A DNA stretch of 54,111 nt from Desulfuromonadaceae bacterium UBA5613. Its GTDB lineage: Bacteria; Desulfobacterota; Desulfuromonadia; Desulfuromonadales; UBA2197. The notes under the pieces are model-generated. The model was not told the DNA's origin and ran no database searches. It worked only from the letters and a program-made list of their open reading frames with translations. The DNA is taken from NCBI GenBank assembly GCA_002424625.1, contig DIKR01000071.1, positions 97,392 through 151,502 of the forward strand, read 5' to 3'. Position numbers and translations under genes: made by a program. Below, piece after piece: positions 17,657 through 27,321 of this stretch. How positions within the stretch are numbered: the first letter of the stretch is position 1; each line of letters begins with the position of its first letter.

Positions 17657-18288
17657 GACGCGCCGAGAAAGGCGTCAACGCTGCGTGTCACCCGTGCGGT
17701 AACCTGCTCAGGGGTTCCTGTCGCATCGATGATGGTAAATCGTTTTTCCTGACTTGCCCCCTGGAGATAACCGTCCCGCACGCGTTGATGGAAAGCCAGG
17801 GATTCAGCTTCAAAGCGTCCCTCGTTCTCCATGGCAACGGCATTGCGGGCCAGGGCACGACCTAAACCAATGGCGACCGGGAGATCAAAGAGCAAGGTCA
17901 GATCGGGGAGCACTCCTGCGCTCGCCACCTGGTTCAATTGTTGGATCAGGGCCAGATCAAGCCCGCGACCAAATCCTTGATAGGCAATAGTGGCGTCAAT
18001 AAAGCGATCACAGAGGACGATAGCGCCCTGGGCCAGAGCCGGGCGGATGACTTCTTCGACATGCTGGGCGCGGGCGGCGGCATATAGCAAGAGTTCGGCC
18101 GTGGCGCCGAGTTTCTGATTGGATGGGTCAAGAAGGATGCGACGGATGGCATCAGCAATTGGGCAGCCGCCCGGTTCGCGTGTAACGACAACTTCACGTC
18201 CCTGGTCGCGAAGATGGGCGGCCAGGTGGAGAATCTGCGTCGACTTGCCGCTGCCTTCAATCCCTTCGCATGTGATCAGTTTTGCCAT
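17653..18288 (-). CDS. tmk: dTMP (thymidylate) kinase
   Basis: MAKLITCEGIEGSGKSTQ P-loop and the DRF motif (CDRFIDAT). Start is set at the internal ATG 18288 rather than the ORF start 18357. Confidence 0.92.
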   Translation of the reverse strand: MAKLITCEGIEGSGKSTQILHLAAHLRDQGREVVVTREPGGCPIADAIRRILLDPSNQKLGATAELLLYAAARAQHVEEVIRPALAQGAIVLCDRFIDATIAYQGFGRGLDLALIQQLNQVASAGVLPDLTLLFDLPVAIGLGRALARNAVAMENEGRFEAESLAFHQRVRDGYLQGASQEKRFTIIDATGTPEQVTARVTRSVDAFLGAS

Positions 18289-18511
18289 TGTTCGCCCATA
18301 TCCCTTAAATCGGCTTATTATAGGGAGCAAGTGCACTTGAATCAAGGAAAAGATCAAGAAGCAAGAAGGTTTGGGGACTTGACAGTGTGGTTAATATAAT
18401 ATTTTTTGTCACAAAACTGATGTTTTGTGTTAAAAAAGGAACAACCAAAATGTTTCCCGAGGGTCGTACTTTTCGGGAGTTGTTTGCTAACCGTGAAGAA
18501 GGAGCTAAAAA

Positions 18512-19162
18512 ATGATAAGGATGATGACGATCGCGATTTGTAGTCTAGTGCTGTTGACCGCTTGTGCCGAGCCTCTGACCAAGACCCAGAAGGGGGCGTT
18601 ATACGGAACTGCGGGGGGGGCAGCTGCCGGGGCGTTGATTGGCCAGGCTGCCGGCCGGGACACCAAGGGGACTCTGCTCGGGGCGGGGATCGGAGCGGCG
18701 GTCGGCGGCGGATCCGGAGCGGGAATCGGTTATTACATGGATAAGCAGGAAGCTAAAATGCGTGAAGCGCTGCAGTCCGTCGAAGGGGTCAGTGTTGTCC
18801 GTGACGGGAACAATCTTAATATTTCGTTCCGCTCTGATAATCAGTTTAAGGTCGGTTCGTCAATACTGGAAGGTGCGGCGCAAAACGATTTGAATCGTTT
18901 TGCTGATGTGGTCAGGGAATTTGATAAAACCAATGTCACGGTAATCGGTCACACTGATAGCGTTGGCTCGGAGAGTGCGAATCAGACGCTCTCTGAACAG
19001 CGGGCGGCGGCGGTTCGGAGTCTGATGGTAGCGCGTGGGGTTGCGGCAGGCCGAGTGACTACACTTGGTCTCGGAGAAGGAAGACCGATAGCCGACAACA
19101 ATACGGAGTATGGTCGTCAGTTGAACCGGCGGATTGAGATCGTGGTCGTCCCCAAAGGGTAG
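18512..19162 (+). CDS. OmpA-family lipoprotein with a glycine-zipper N-domain
   Basis: Lipobox (LLTAC), a Gly-zipper (GAAAGALIGQAAG...GAGIGAAVGGGSGAGIG) and an OmpA_C domain (GHTDSVGSESANQTLSEQRAAAV...NRRIEIVV). Confidence 0.85.
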   Translation: MIRMMTIAICSLVLLTACAEPLTKTQKGALYGTAGGAAAGALIGQAAGRDTKGTLLGAGIGAAVGGGSGAGIGYYMDKQEAKMREALQSVEGVSVVRDGNNLNISFRSDNQFKVGSSILEGAAQNDLNRFADVVREFDKTNVTVIGHTDSVGSESANQTLSEQRAAAVRSLMVARGVAAGRVTTLGLGEGRPIADNNTEYGRQLNRRIEIVVVPKG

Positions 19163-19195
19163 ATGTGCTTTTCGGAACGGCTCCTAAAAGAAAAA

Positions 19196-19226
19196 GGTTA
19201 CAGGCGCGCGCCTGTAACCTTTTTAC
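19196..19226 (+). terminator. Rho-independent terminator after the OmpA-family gene
   Basis: Perfect palindrome ggttacaggcgc/gcgcctgtaacc followed by TTTTTAC. An A-run upstream could also stop the convergent tRNA transcript. Confidence 0.55.
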
Positions 19227-19230
19227 TTTT

Positions 19231-19305
19231 TGGAGCCGTTGGTCGGAATTGAACCGACGACCTGCTCATTACGAGTGAGCTGCTCTACCCCTGAGCCACA
19301 ACGGC
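19231..19305 (-). tRNA. tRNA-Thr (anticodon CGU), CCA encoded
   Basis: Manual fold of the reverse complement. Acceptor GCCGTTG/CAACGGC, D arm GCTC/GAGC, anticodon stem GCTCA/TGAGC with loop CTCGTAA, T arm GTCGG/CCGAC with loop TTCAATT, discriminator T, then CCA. Confidence 0.9.
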
Positions 19306-19376
19306 GAACTGGATTTCAACAATATCAGGGAGGATTCCTCCCCCTGTTGCCGGGGAAGGCTGGCAACGGGTCAATA

Positions 19377-19405
19377 TATTTACAGCAAAGACAAAATCGT
19401 GTCAA
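19377..19405 (-). promoter_or_regulatory. Candidate sigma70 promoter for tRNA-Thr
   Basis: The minus strand reads TTGACA-17 nt-TAAATA, about 70 nt upstream of the tRNA 5' end. Consensus match only. Confidence 0.35.
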
Positions 19406-19501
19406 TCATCCTCTTGACAGAACGATTGATTTTCCCAATTAGGTGTTTACTCTCCTCTGCCTTTCTGTTAAATGCATAAAGGTTTAAAAGGATGAGATGG
19501 T

Positions 19502-20194
19502 ATGGTAGCCGAAAATCGTGAAAAGTTGCAGACATTGATCGGATATCATTTTTCCGATACAGCACGGCTTGATGAAGCTCTGACGCATCGCTCCTATGCC
19601 AACGAACAGCGGACAAGATGTGCCGATAATGAGCGTCTGGAATTCCTTGGGGATGCAATCCTCGGACTGGTCATTGCCGAAACCCTCTTTATCGGCGATC
19701 TGCATCGCCCGGAAGGTGAGTTAAGTCGCCTGCGTTCTGAACTGGTCAATGCCGGCACCCTGGCGCAGCTAGCGCGGCAGATCGATCTTGGCGCGGCGCT
19801 GAAGTTGGGGCGAGGAGAAGTCAAAGCCGGAGGAAGCGATAAAGAAAATATCCTGGCCGACGCCTTTGAAGCGCTGCTGGGTGCGATCTATCTGGAAGGA
19901 GGCATCGCTGCCGTTCGTCCGGTAATTTCGCACCTTTTTGCTCAGGTGATGATTGAGAAGACGCTGCAGCAAGGCAACAGCGATTTTAAATCACAGTTGC
20001 AGGAATATCTGCAGTCGTTACAACAAACGCCGCCGGAATATGTTTTAATTGAAACTGAGGGCCCGGAACATGACCGGACCTTCGTTGTCGAAGCTCGTAC
20101 TCCCGGCCAGGTGCTGGGTGTTGGTCAAGGGCGGAGCAAGAAGGAAGCGGAACAGGCCGCGGCAGGGGCCGCTCTCAAAACGCTGCTAAGATGA
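19502..20194 (+). CDS. rnc: Ribonuclease III
   Basis: RNase III signature ERLEFLGDAILG and a C-terminal dsRBD (GPEHDRTFVVEA...GRSKKEAEQAAA). Confidence 0.95.
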   Translation: MVAENREKLQTLIGYHFSDTARLDEALTHRSYANEQRTRCADNERLEFLGDAILGLVIAETLFIGDLHRPEGELSRLRSELVNAGTLAQLARQIDLGAALKLGRGEVKAGGSDKENILADAFEALLGAIYLEGGIAAVRPVISHLFAQVMIEKTLQQGNSDFKSQLQEYLQSLQQTPPEYVLIETEGPEHDRTFVVEARTPGQVLGVGQGRSKKEAEQAAAGAALKTLLR

Positions 20195-21204
20195 GCCGGA
20201 GATCAATTTATCCGATCTTTCTTCCCCATGCCGGTTGTCCGCACCGTTGTATATTTTGTGCCCAAGTTTTGACCAGCGCCTGTATCTGTCTGCCTGATCC
20301 CGCCGTGACCTTCGAGACCCTGCTGGTCTCATTGCCGCAAAGCGGCGATGGTGAGTTGGCATTTTACGGCGGGAGCTTTACTCTTCTAGCGGAAATTGAA
20401 CAGCAACGCTGGCTGGAACTCGGTGCCCGGTTGCTGGCCGCGGGGCGGATCGCGGCCCTGCGAATTTCAACCCGGCCGGACGCCGTCACACCGGCGATTG
20501 CCAGGCGACTCGCCGCGGCCGGGGTGGCGACGGTAGAATTGGGCTGTCAATCTTTTGATCCTGAAGTGCTGCGTCGGGCGGGGCGCGGTCATAGCGGCGC
20601 TGCTGCCGCGCAGGCTCTCCTTCTTCTGCGGGCGGAAGGAATCGCGGTCGGTCTCCATCTGATGCCGGGGCTTCCCGGTGCGGATGTCGGGGAGGCGTTG
20701 CATTCGCTCGAGATGGCCCTGGCGTTGCAACCCGATTTTTTGCGAATCCATCCGACCGTTGTCCTGCGCGGGACAGGCCTCGAAAAACTTTATGATTCCG
20801 GAGAGTACCAGCCTCTTTCGTTGCCTGCAGCAGTGCAGTTGGGTGCAACGATGCTCCGACGCGCGCGCGCTGCCAATATTCCGGTCATCCGCTTTGGTCT
20901 GATGGCGAATGAGAACCTTGACAGCGGCGCTGCGGTTGTTGCCGGCCCTTATCATCCCGCTTTTGGCCAGTTGATTCGTTCGCGCCTCTGGTTTGAGCGG
21001 ATCGCACTCCTGGCTGAGCGCGGCTGCTGTTTCTTTCGCCTCCATCCGGCTGATCTCGCGGATGTCTTTGGCCAGCACCGCAGTAATTTTAAAGAATTAA
21101 ATAATCGTTACGGCCCGTTAACCTATGAATGCTCGGAGACTCTTTCCCGCGAGACGATCGAGAGTGCCGGCGTATTCTATTCACTCTTTTCAGAAAAAGA
21201 TTAA
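20191..21204 (+). CDS. Radical SAM protein (ELP3-like N-terminal family, no GNAT domain)
   Basis: CX3CX2C near the N-terminus (GCPHRCIFCAQ). ATGA overlap with rnc. Confidence 0.75.
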   Translation: MSRRSIYPIFLPHAGCPHRCIFCAQVLTSACICLPDPAVTFETLLVSLPQSGDGELAFYGGSFTLLAEIEQQRWLELGARLLAAGRIAALRISTRPDAVTPAIARRLAAAGVATVELGCQSFDPEVLRRAGRGHSGAAAAQALLLLRAEGIAVGLHLMPGLPGADVGEALHSLEMALALQPDFLRIHPTVVLRGTGLEKLYDSGEYQPLSLPAAVQLGATMLRRARAANIPVIRFGLMANENLDSGAAVVAGPYHPAFGQLIRSRLWFERIALLAERGCCFFRLHPADLADVFGQHRSNFKELNNRYGPLTYECSETLSRETIESAGVFYSLFSEKD

Positions 21205-21216
21205 GGACAGCATTTT

Positions 21217-22131
21217 ATGCAGGCAGAAACAACCGAAAAATTTCATTCCGGCGTGGTGGCGATCATCGGCCGGCCGAACGTCGGCAAGTCGACCTTGCTC
21301 AATCGTATCCTCGGACAAAAGATTGCGATTACTTCGCCCAAACCGCAGACGACGCGGAATCGCATCCTCGGGGTGGCTCATTTTGATCATGGGCAGATCC
21401 TTTTTCTTGATACCCCGGGGATCCATCAAGCCAAGGATCGCTTGAACCAGTTTATGGTCGAACAGGCGATGAGCTCTTGCGGCGAAGTCGATATGGTTCT
21501 GTACCTGATCGATGCCACCGATCATGCGCCGCACAATGCCACCGAAGAGAAGATCTTTACGCATCTGCGCAACTGTGGCCGTCCTGTCTATCTGGTGATC
21601 AACAAGATCGATGCCCTCAGTCGTGAACGCCTTTTGCCGATCATGCAATCTTATGCGACGAAGTATCCTTTTGCCTCCCTTGTCCCGATCTCGGCGGCAA
21701 CGGGGGACGGCGTCGATCTTTTGGTAAAGATGCTGCGGGATGCTTTGCCGGAAGGGCCGCAATATTATTCCGAAGATACCGTCACCGACCTGCCGGAACG
21801 CTTTATCGTTGCTGAGATGGTGCGTGAACAGCTGCTGCGGCAGATGCGCGATGAAATTCCTTTTATGGTGGCGGTGGTCGTGGAGGAGTTTAGCGAAGAG
21901 CCTGAGCGCAATCTGGTGGTGATCAAGGCGGCGATTAACGTTGCCCGTGACAGCCACAAGGGGATCGTCATCGGCAAACAGGGGGCGATGATCCGCGCTC
22001 TTGGCCAGTCGGCGCGGCGTGATATTGAAAAATTCCTTGGTTGTCGCGTTTATCTCGAACTTTTCGTCAAGGTACAAAAAGATTGGACCGCTTCGGAGCG
22101 GATGTTGCGCGAATTCGGTTACCACAGTTAA
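21217..22131 (+). CDS. era: GTPase Era
   Basis: G1 [10 protein letters not shown]3 DTPG, G4 NKID and a C-terminal KH domain. Confidence 0.95.
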   Translation: MQAETTEKFHSGVVAIIGRPNVGKSTLLNRILGQKIAITSPKPQTTRNRILGVAHFDHGQILFLDTPGIHQAKDRLNQFMVEQAMSSCGEVDMVLYLIDATDHAPHNATEEKIFTHLRNCGRPVYLVINKIDALSRERLLPIMQSYATKYPFASLVPISAATGDGVDLLVKMLRDALPEGPQYYSEDTVTDLPERFIVAEMVREQLLRQMRDEIPFMVAVVVEEFSEEPERNLVVIKAAINVARDSHKGIVIGKQGAMIRALGQSARRDIEKFLGCRVYLELFVKVQKDWTASERMLREFGYHS

Positions 22132-22158
22132 TACATTTAGCAAAAGACAGGTTTGATC

Positions 22159-23469
22159 ATGCTCCCCATTGTCGCTATCGTCGGTCGCCCGAATGTCGGA
22201 AAATCGACTCTTTTCAATAAAATTCTTGGACAGCGCAAAGCGATTGTCGATGATTTTCCCGGTGTAACCCGTGACCGTAATTATGCGGTGGTCACCCGTT
22301 ACGGCGCGCCCTTTACCATGATCGATACCGGCGGTTTTGAGCCGGTCAGTGAAGAGCGTCTCCTCGTGCAGATGCGTGAGCAATCGCAGTTGGCGGTCGA
22401 GGAAGCGGATCTGATCATCTTCCTCCTTGATGGCCGGCAGGGTTTGACTCCTGCGGACCGTGAAGTTGCGGGAATTTTGCGGCGCTCGAACAAGAAGATC
22501 CTTTTTGCCGTCAACAAGATCGACGGCAGTCGGCAGGAAGAGCAGATGGTGGACTTCTTTGCCCTGGCGGCCGAAGAGCTTTATCCGGTCTCGGCGGAGC
22601 ACGGCCATGGCGTGGGGGAACTCATTGATGTGGTCTTGAGCAAGCTGCCCCACTCGAGGCCGGCGGAAGATATCGAAGATATGACCTGTCTGGCGGTAAT
22701 CGGCCGCCCGAATGTCGGCAAATCTTCATTGATCAACAAGTTGCTGGGAGAGGAGCGGATGGTGGCGAATCCGCTGGCCGGGACGACTCGCGACAGCATC
22801 GATACGCCCTTTACCTATAACAAAAAGCGCTATCTGCTGGTCGACACAGCGGGAATTCGTCGCAAGGGGAAGGTCTCGGCGCATCTGGAAAAATTCAGTA
22901 TCGTTCAGGCCCTCAAGGCGATGGATCGGGCCAGTCTGGTTCTTTTAGTGATCGATGCGCAGGAAGGGGTGACTGATCAGGATGTCACCGTCGCCGGTTA
23001 TGCCTACGAGCGCGGCAAAGCGATACTTCTTGTCGTCAACAAGTGGGATTTAGTCGAAAAAGATAATGCGAGTATGGGCAAGTTTGTCGAGAAGCTCCGT
23101 CTCGCCTTCAAATTTCTGCCACAAGTGCCGATCGTCTTTGTTTCGGCGGTAACCGGTCAGCGGGTGACGAAGATCATGAAGGAGGTGGAGATCGTCGCCG
23201 AGCAGTACAGTCGCCGCGCGTCGACTCCAGAGCTCAATCGAATGCTCGAAGATGCTATTCGTCTGCATCAGCCGCCGATCGTGCGGGGACGGCGTATGAA
23301 GCTCTTTTATATGACTCAGACCGGAACCTGTCCGCCGCATTTTGTGATCTTCGCCAACTCGGCCGAAGAAGTGCATTTTTCCTACGAGCGCTATCTTTTG
23401 AACCAAATCCGTGAAACCTTTGATTTTGGCGGTGTGCCATTGCGACTGAGTTTCCGCGCCCGGCAGTAG
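22159..23469 (+). CDS. der: Ribosome-biogenesis GTPase Der (EngA)
   Basis: Two tandem GTPase domains ([12 protein letters not shown] ... [12 protein letters not shown], each with DTGG/DTAG and NKxD) plus a KH-like C-terminal domain. ATG 22159 is preferred over TTG 22153. Confidence 0.95.
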   Translation: MLPIVAIVGRPNVGKSTLFNKILGQRKAIVDDFPGVTRDRNYAVVTRYGAPFTMIDTGGFEPVSEERLLVQMREQSQLAVEEADLIIFLLDGRQGLTPADREVAGILRRSNKKILFAVNKIDGSRQEEQMVDFFALAAEELYPVSAEHGHGVGELIDVVLSKLPHSRPAEDIEDMTCLAVIGRPNVGKSSLINKLLGEERMVANPLAGTTRDSIDTPFTYNKKRYLLVDTAGIRRKGKVSAHLEKFSIVQALKAMDRASLVLLVIDAQEGVTDQDVTVAGYAYERGKAILLVVNKWDLVEKDNASMGKFVEKLRLAFKFLPQVPIVFVSAVTGQRVTKIMKEVEIVAEQYSRRASTPELNRMLEDAIRLHQPPIVRGRRMKLFYMTQTGTCPPHFVIFANSAEEVHFSYERYLLNQIRETFDFGGVPLRLSFRARQ

Positions 23470-23592
23470 CCCGGGAAAATGCTTTACTTAGCCTCCGGCG
23501 TAGGCTATATTTTATTTTCTTTTTAATAATAAGCCGTTACGCAACATCAGCGGCCAACCTCTTTCCTGCTTCGTAACCGAATCCGGTCCTCT

Positions 23593-24864
23593 ATGAGCCT
23601 TGTTGGAAATCTTGAAGATCTGGGTCTCGGCGATATTCTGCAAATTGTCAGTCTCAGCAGAAAGTCGGGGGAACTCCTTCTGCGTGGTCCGAAACGCGAG
23701 GGGAGAATCATATTCAAAAATGGACAGGTCAACCGGGCGCTCTCCACCGATTTCCGGGAAAATATCGGGGATCTCCTGGTACGCCGCGGGATTGTCGATA
23801 TTGACGTCATCAGGCAGGCCGCCGAGTTGCAGCGTACTGTCTATCCTGATCAGCGTCTCGGCACCATTCTCACTGAAAAGCACGGCGTACCTAAAGAAAC
23901 TATCGATATTCTCGTCAAGGAACAGATCGAAAAGATTGTTTATAGTTTTTTCACCTGGAATGAAGGGACGTTCGTTTTCGACCTTGGCGATAGTAATGAG
24001 GAAGCAGCCACAAGTTTCGACCCTCTGCAATTTATGCTCGATCAGGGAATTAACCCCCAGTGGCTGGCGCTGGAGGGGAGCCGGATCCTTGACGAGCGGC
24101 GGCACCGTGGCGAATCGCTCGATATTGTCGGAGATGAACCACTCCTTGAGGTTGCCAGTATCTTTGCCCCTGGCGCGGCTTCATCACCCGCCAAGGTCTC
24201 ACCCCTTCTCAACCCCTTCGCCGACAGCAGAAAATCTTTAAGCGCGGATCAGTCGGGGACTTTTAATCTCGGTGCCGAACTGCGACTGGAACTTGGTGAA
24301 GATAACTCTGCACAGCGTGGGGATAAAGGCCCGGAAACACCGGGATTGCATCTGTTGCGCGGCATGCTGCAAGAGTTGAATAATCCGGCTTTAGGGGGCG
24401 GAATTATTTTGCTGGTGTTGCGTTTTGCCAGTGAGTTGATGAATCGTGCCGTGATTTTTTTGGTGAAAGAATACGAAATTGTCGGGCTCGGTCAATTCGG
24501 GATGGAAGCGCTTGACGGAATTTCCGCTGATGAGCGGGTGCGGCGGATGCGCGTTCCCCGCAACGCCGGCTCGATTTTTGAGCAGGTACTCCAATCCTGG
24601 ACCCCCCTTAAAACGGTCACCGGTTCAGAGGAATGGGATCGCTATCTGGTCGAAGAACTTGGCAGTGGCGTGGCGAGTGAGATTTTTGTCGGGCCGATTA
24701 TCAGCGAGGGGAAGGTGGTTGCTATTCTTTACGGAGATAATGCCCCGCAAAAAAGAGTCATCGGCGATACAGAATCTTTGGAAATCTTTTTGTCGCAGGC
24801 AGGGTTGGCGATGGAAAAGGTCTTGCTCGAACGCAGATTGCGGAGCAAGGAAATGTTGGTTTAA
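23593..24864 (+). CDS. DUF4388/PATAN-domain protein with a central T2SSE_N/MshEN-like module and a C-terminal GAF-like domain
   Basis: N-terminus is GNLEDLGLGDILQIVSLSRKSGELLL...GRIIFKNGQV. The centre has two GspE-N-like half motifs (IGDLLVRRGIVDIDVIRQAAELQ and RLGTILTEKHGVPKETIDILVKEQ). The C-terminus is a GAF-like fold. Confidence 0.65.
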   Translation: MSLVGNLEDLGLGDILQIVSLSRKSGELLLRGPKREGRIIFKNGQVNRALSTDFRENIGDLLVRRGIVDIDVIRQAAELQRTVYPDQRLGTILTEKHGVPKETIDILVKEQIEKIVYSFFTWNEGTFVFDLGDSNEEAATSFDPLQFMLDQGINPQWLALEGSRILDERRHRGESLDIVGDEPLLEVASIFAPGAASSPAKVSPLLNPFADSRKSLSADQSGTFNLGAELRLELGEDNSAQRGDKGPETPGLHLLRGMLQELNNPALGGGIILLVLRFASELMNRAVIFLVKEYEIVGLGQFGMEALDGISADERVRRMRVPRNAGSIFEQVLQSWTPLKTVTGSEEWDRYLVEELGSGVASEIFVGPIISEGKVVAILYGDNAPQKRVIGDTESLEIFLSQAGLAMEKVLLERRLRSKEMLV

Positions 24865-24873
24865 GTAAGGAGG

Positions 24874-25254
24874 ATGCCTGGCGTGCAGAAGAAAATTCTG
24901 GTAGCGGAAGATTCTCCCACGATGCGCTACCTGATCGCTTCGACGATCGCAGCGCTCGGAGACTTTACTGTCATTGAAGCCGGGAACGGTTTTGAAGCAT
25001 TACGGATATTACCCCATGAAAAGGTCGATCTGGTGATTACGGACATCAATATGCCCGATATTAACGGCCTTGAGTTGGTGAGTTTTATTCGGCAGAGCCC
25101 GAATTATCGGACGACACCGCTCTTCATTATCAGCACCGAAGGTAGCGCCCGCGACCGGGAAAAAGGGATGTCTCTTGGTGCCAATGCCTATCTGGTCAAA
25201 CCTTTTGCCCCGGAAGAACTTCAGTCCCTGATCCGTCAATATCTTGGAGAGTAG
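24874..25254 (+). CDS. cheY: CheY-like single-domain response regulator
   Basis: 126 aa. ILVAEDS, VITDINMP (phospho-acceptor Asp), IISTEG and YLVKPF. Confidence 0.85.
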   Translation: MPGVQKKILVAEDSPTMRYLIASTIAALGDFTVIEAGNGFEALRILPHEKVDLVITDINMPDINGLELVSFIRQSPNYRTTPLFIISTEGSARDREKGMSLGANAYLVKPFAPEELQSLIRQYLGE

Positions 25255-25257
25255 ACT

Positions 25258-27321
25258 TTGAGCGATTCTAATTCTTCCCGCGCCATCAAGGATTTCCTCG
25301 CCGAATCAGAAGAGATTCTTGAACAGCTTAATCTCGATCTGGTGACCCTTGGTGATGCCATCGAGAATGGTGGAGATGTTGACCCGGGACTCCTCAATAC
25401 CATCTTCCGCGGTGCGCATTCCTTCAAGGGGATCTCCGGGATGTTCGGTTTTGACGATCTGTGTGAGTTGTGCCATCACATGGAAAGTCTGCTCGACAGT
25501 TTGCGCCTCGGTAAAGTGCCGCTTTCGGAAAATTTGATCGAGACCCTCTTTTCCCTGTTGGAAGTTTTGACTCGTCTGGTACACGGCAAGGCCGAATCCG
25601 AAGATTTCACCCTTGATATTAATCCCTTCATCCAGCGTATCGATGCCCTCCTCCGTGGTGATGAATTGTCAGCGCCGCCGGTTGCAGAGGGGATTGATCC
25701 CGCGATCCTGCGGGTGCTGACGGAGTACGAAGAGCATCGCCTTAACGAAAGCATCAAGAGCGGCAAGAATATCCTGCGGGTTGCAGTCAATTTCAGCCTG
25801 ATGAGCTTTGATGTGGAGCTTGCGGCACTGACCGATCACCTCAAGCAGTACGGCGAGGTCCTCAGTACTTTGCCCTCGGCCGGCGACCTTCCCGGGCATA
25901 TCGGTTTCCAGCTCCTTTTTGGTGCGCGCAGTACGGGCGAAGAGCTTGCAAGGATTTTGCAATCCGAAGACATAAAGATTGTCTGTCTTTACCCGGCGGT
26001 TGAAGTTGCGGCACCCTTGAATTTTCCGGCCAAATCGCACCCCTCTCGGCCTGTCGAAGTTGAGATCGTCAACAAAGAAGGGGAAGGCAACGAGGAAGAG
26101 CGTGCCGCTTCCTTGCGCTCCCTAAGTCGTACCGTGCGGGTTGACATCGATAAACTCGATAACTTGATGAATATAGTCGGTGAACTGGTCCTGTCCAAGA
26201 GTGCAATTACCGCCATTGCTGTGCAATTAAAGCAGCAGGAGTCGAATGATTTAACTGCGGAGTTGCAAAAAGCGACGCGAGGATTGGAGCGTCGTCTCGA
26301 AGAGCTGCAACAAGGGGTCATGGATGTACGGATGGTGCCGATTTCGCAGATTTTTGACAAGATGGTGCGAATCATCCGGCGTGCTTCCAACGAACAAGGG
26401 AAAAGAATTACACTTGATGTCCGTGGTGCGGAGACGGAGTTGGACAAATTGATCGTGGAAGATCTTTCCGACCCGCTCATGCATATTATTCGTAATGCCG
26501 TTGATCACGGCATTGAAGCGCCGGAAGAGCGTGTCGCTGCGGGAAAATCCGAAAAAGGGACGATTACGCTGTGGGCGGCGCAAAAAGGGAATCATGTCGT
26601 CCTGGAAATCGGTGATGATGGTCGCGGTATCGATGCCAACCGGGTGCGGCAGAAGGCGATCGAACGCGGGTTGATCTCTCCTGAAGCAGAATTGAGTCGG
26701 GAAGATATTTACAATCTGGTCTTCCTCCCCGGGTTCTCAACACGGGATGAAGTAACCGACCTCTCGGGCCGCGGGGTCGGCATGGACGTCGTCAAGAATA
26801 ATATCGCCGCTCTCTCCGGAGCGATTGAGATCGATAGCGAGTTCGGTCGCGGCACTTTGATGACGATTACCCTGCCGATTACCCTGGCTATTATCAAGGC
26901 CTTGATCGTGCGGGTCAGCGGCCGTAGTTATGCCATTCCCATCAATTCGGTACTGGAAACGTTGATGATCAATGCGTCGGCGATTCGCACCATTGAGCGC
27001 CGCGAGGTGATGGAATTACGGCAGAAAACTTTACCCCTGTTGCGTCTGACGGAAGTCTTTGCCCTCCCCGTCGAAGAGAAGCAAGGGAGCGCCCGCTCCT
27101 TCGTTGTCGTGACCGGCATGGCGGAAAAGAGGATTGGTATCCTGGTCGATGAGTTGATTGGTCAGCAGGATGTCGTCATTAAGTCTTTGGGGAAAGCCCT
27201 TTCTTTTGTGCGGGGGATTGCCGGCGCCGCCGATCTTGGTAATCAGAAAACGATTCTGGTCCTTGATGTCGGCGGATTGATGAATGAAGCGTTGCGGGGA
27301 GAGTTGGCGCGGCATGTATGA
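25258..27321 (+). CDS. cheA: Chemotaxis histidine kinase CheA
   Basis: TTG start. Hpt (FRGAHSFKG), dimerisation region, HATPase (DPLMHIIRNAVDHG, DDGRGI, GRGVGMD) and a C-terminal CheW-like P5 domain. Confidence 0.92.
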   Translation: MSDSNSSRAIKDFLAESEEILEQLNLDLVTLGDAIENGGDVDPGLLNTIFRGAHSFKGISGMFGFDDLCELCHHMESLLDSLRLGKVPLSENLIETLFSLLEVLTRLVHGKAESEDFTLDINPFIQRIDALLRGDELSAPPVAEGIDPAILRVLTEYEEHRLNESIKSGKNILRVAVNFSLMSFDVELAALTDHLKQYGEVLSTLPSAGDLPGHIGFQLLFGARSTGEELARILQSEDIKIVCLYPAVEVAAPLNFPAKSHPSRPVEVEIVNKEGEGNEEERAASLRSLSRTVRVDIDKLDNLMNIVGELVLSKSAITAIAVQLKQQESNDLTAELQKATRGLERRLEELQQGVMDVRMVPISQIFDKMVRIIRRASNEQGKRITLDVRGAETELDKLIVEDLSDPLMHIIRNAVDHGIEAPEERVAAGKSEKGTITLWAAQKGNHVVLEIGDDGRGIDANRVRQKAIERGLISPEAELSREDIYNLVFLPGFSTRDEVTDLSGRGVGMDVVKNNIAALSGAIEIDSEFGRGTLMTITLPITLAIIKALIVRVSGRSYAIPINSVLETLMINASAIRTIERREVMELRQKTLPLLRLTEVFALPVEEKQGSARSFVVVTGMAEKRIGILVDELIGQQDVVIKSLGKALSFVRGIAGAADLGNQKTILVLDVGGLMNEALRGELARHV

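Noticed and set aside
18289-18357. 23-codon N-terminal extension of tmk.
   Set aside because: Thymidylate kinases begin a few residues before the GxxGxGKST P-loop. The internal ATG at 18288 gives the canonical MAKLITCEGIEGSGKST start.
19230-19442. 70-aa plus-strand ORF.
   Set aside because: It overlaps the minus-strand tRNA-Thr and its promoter region, and it has no coding signal.
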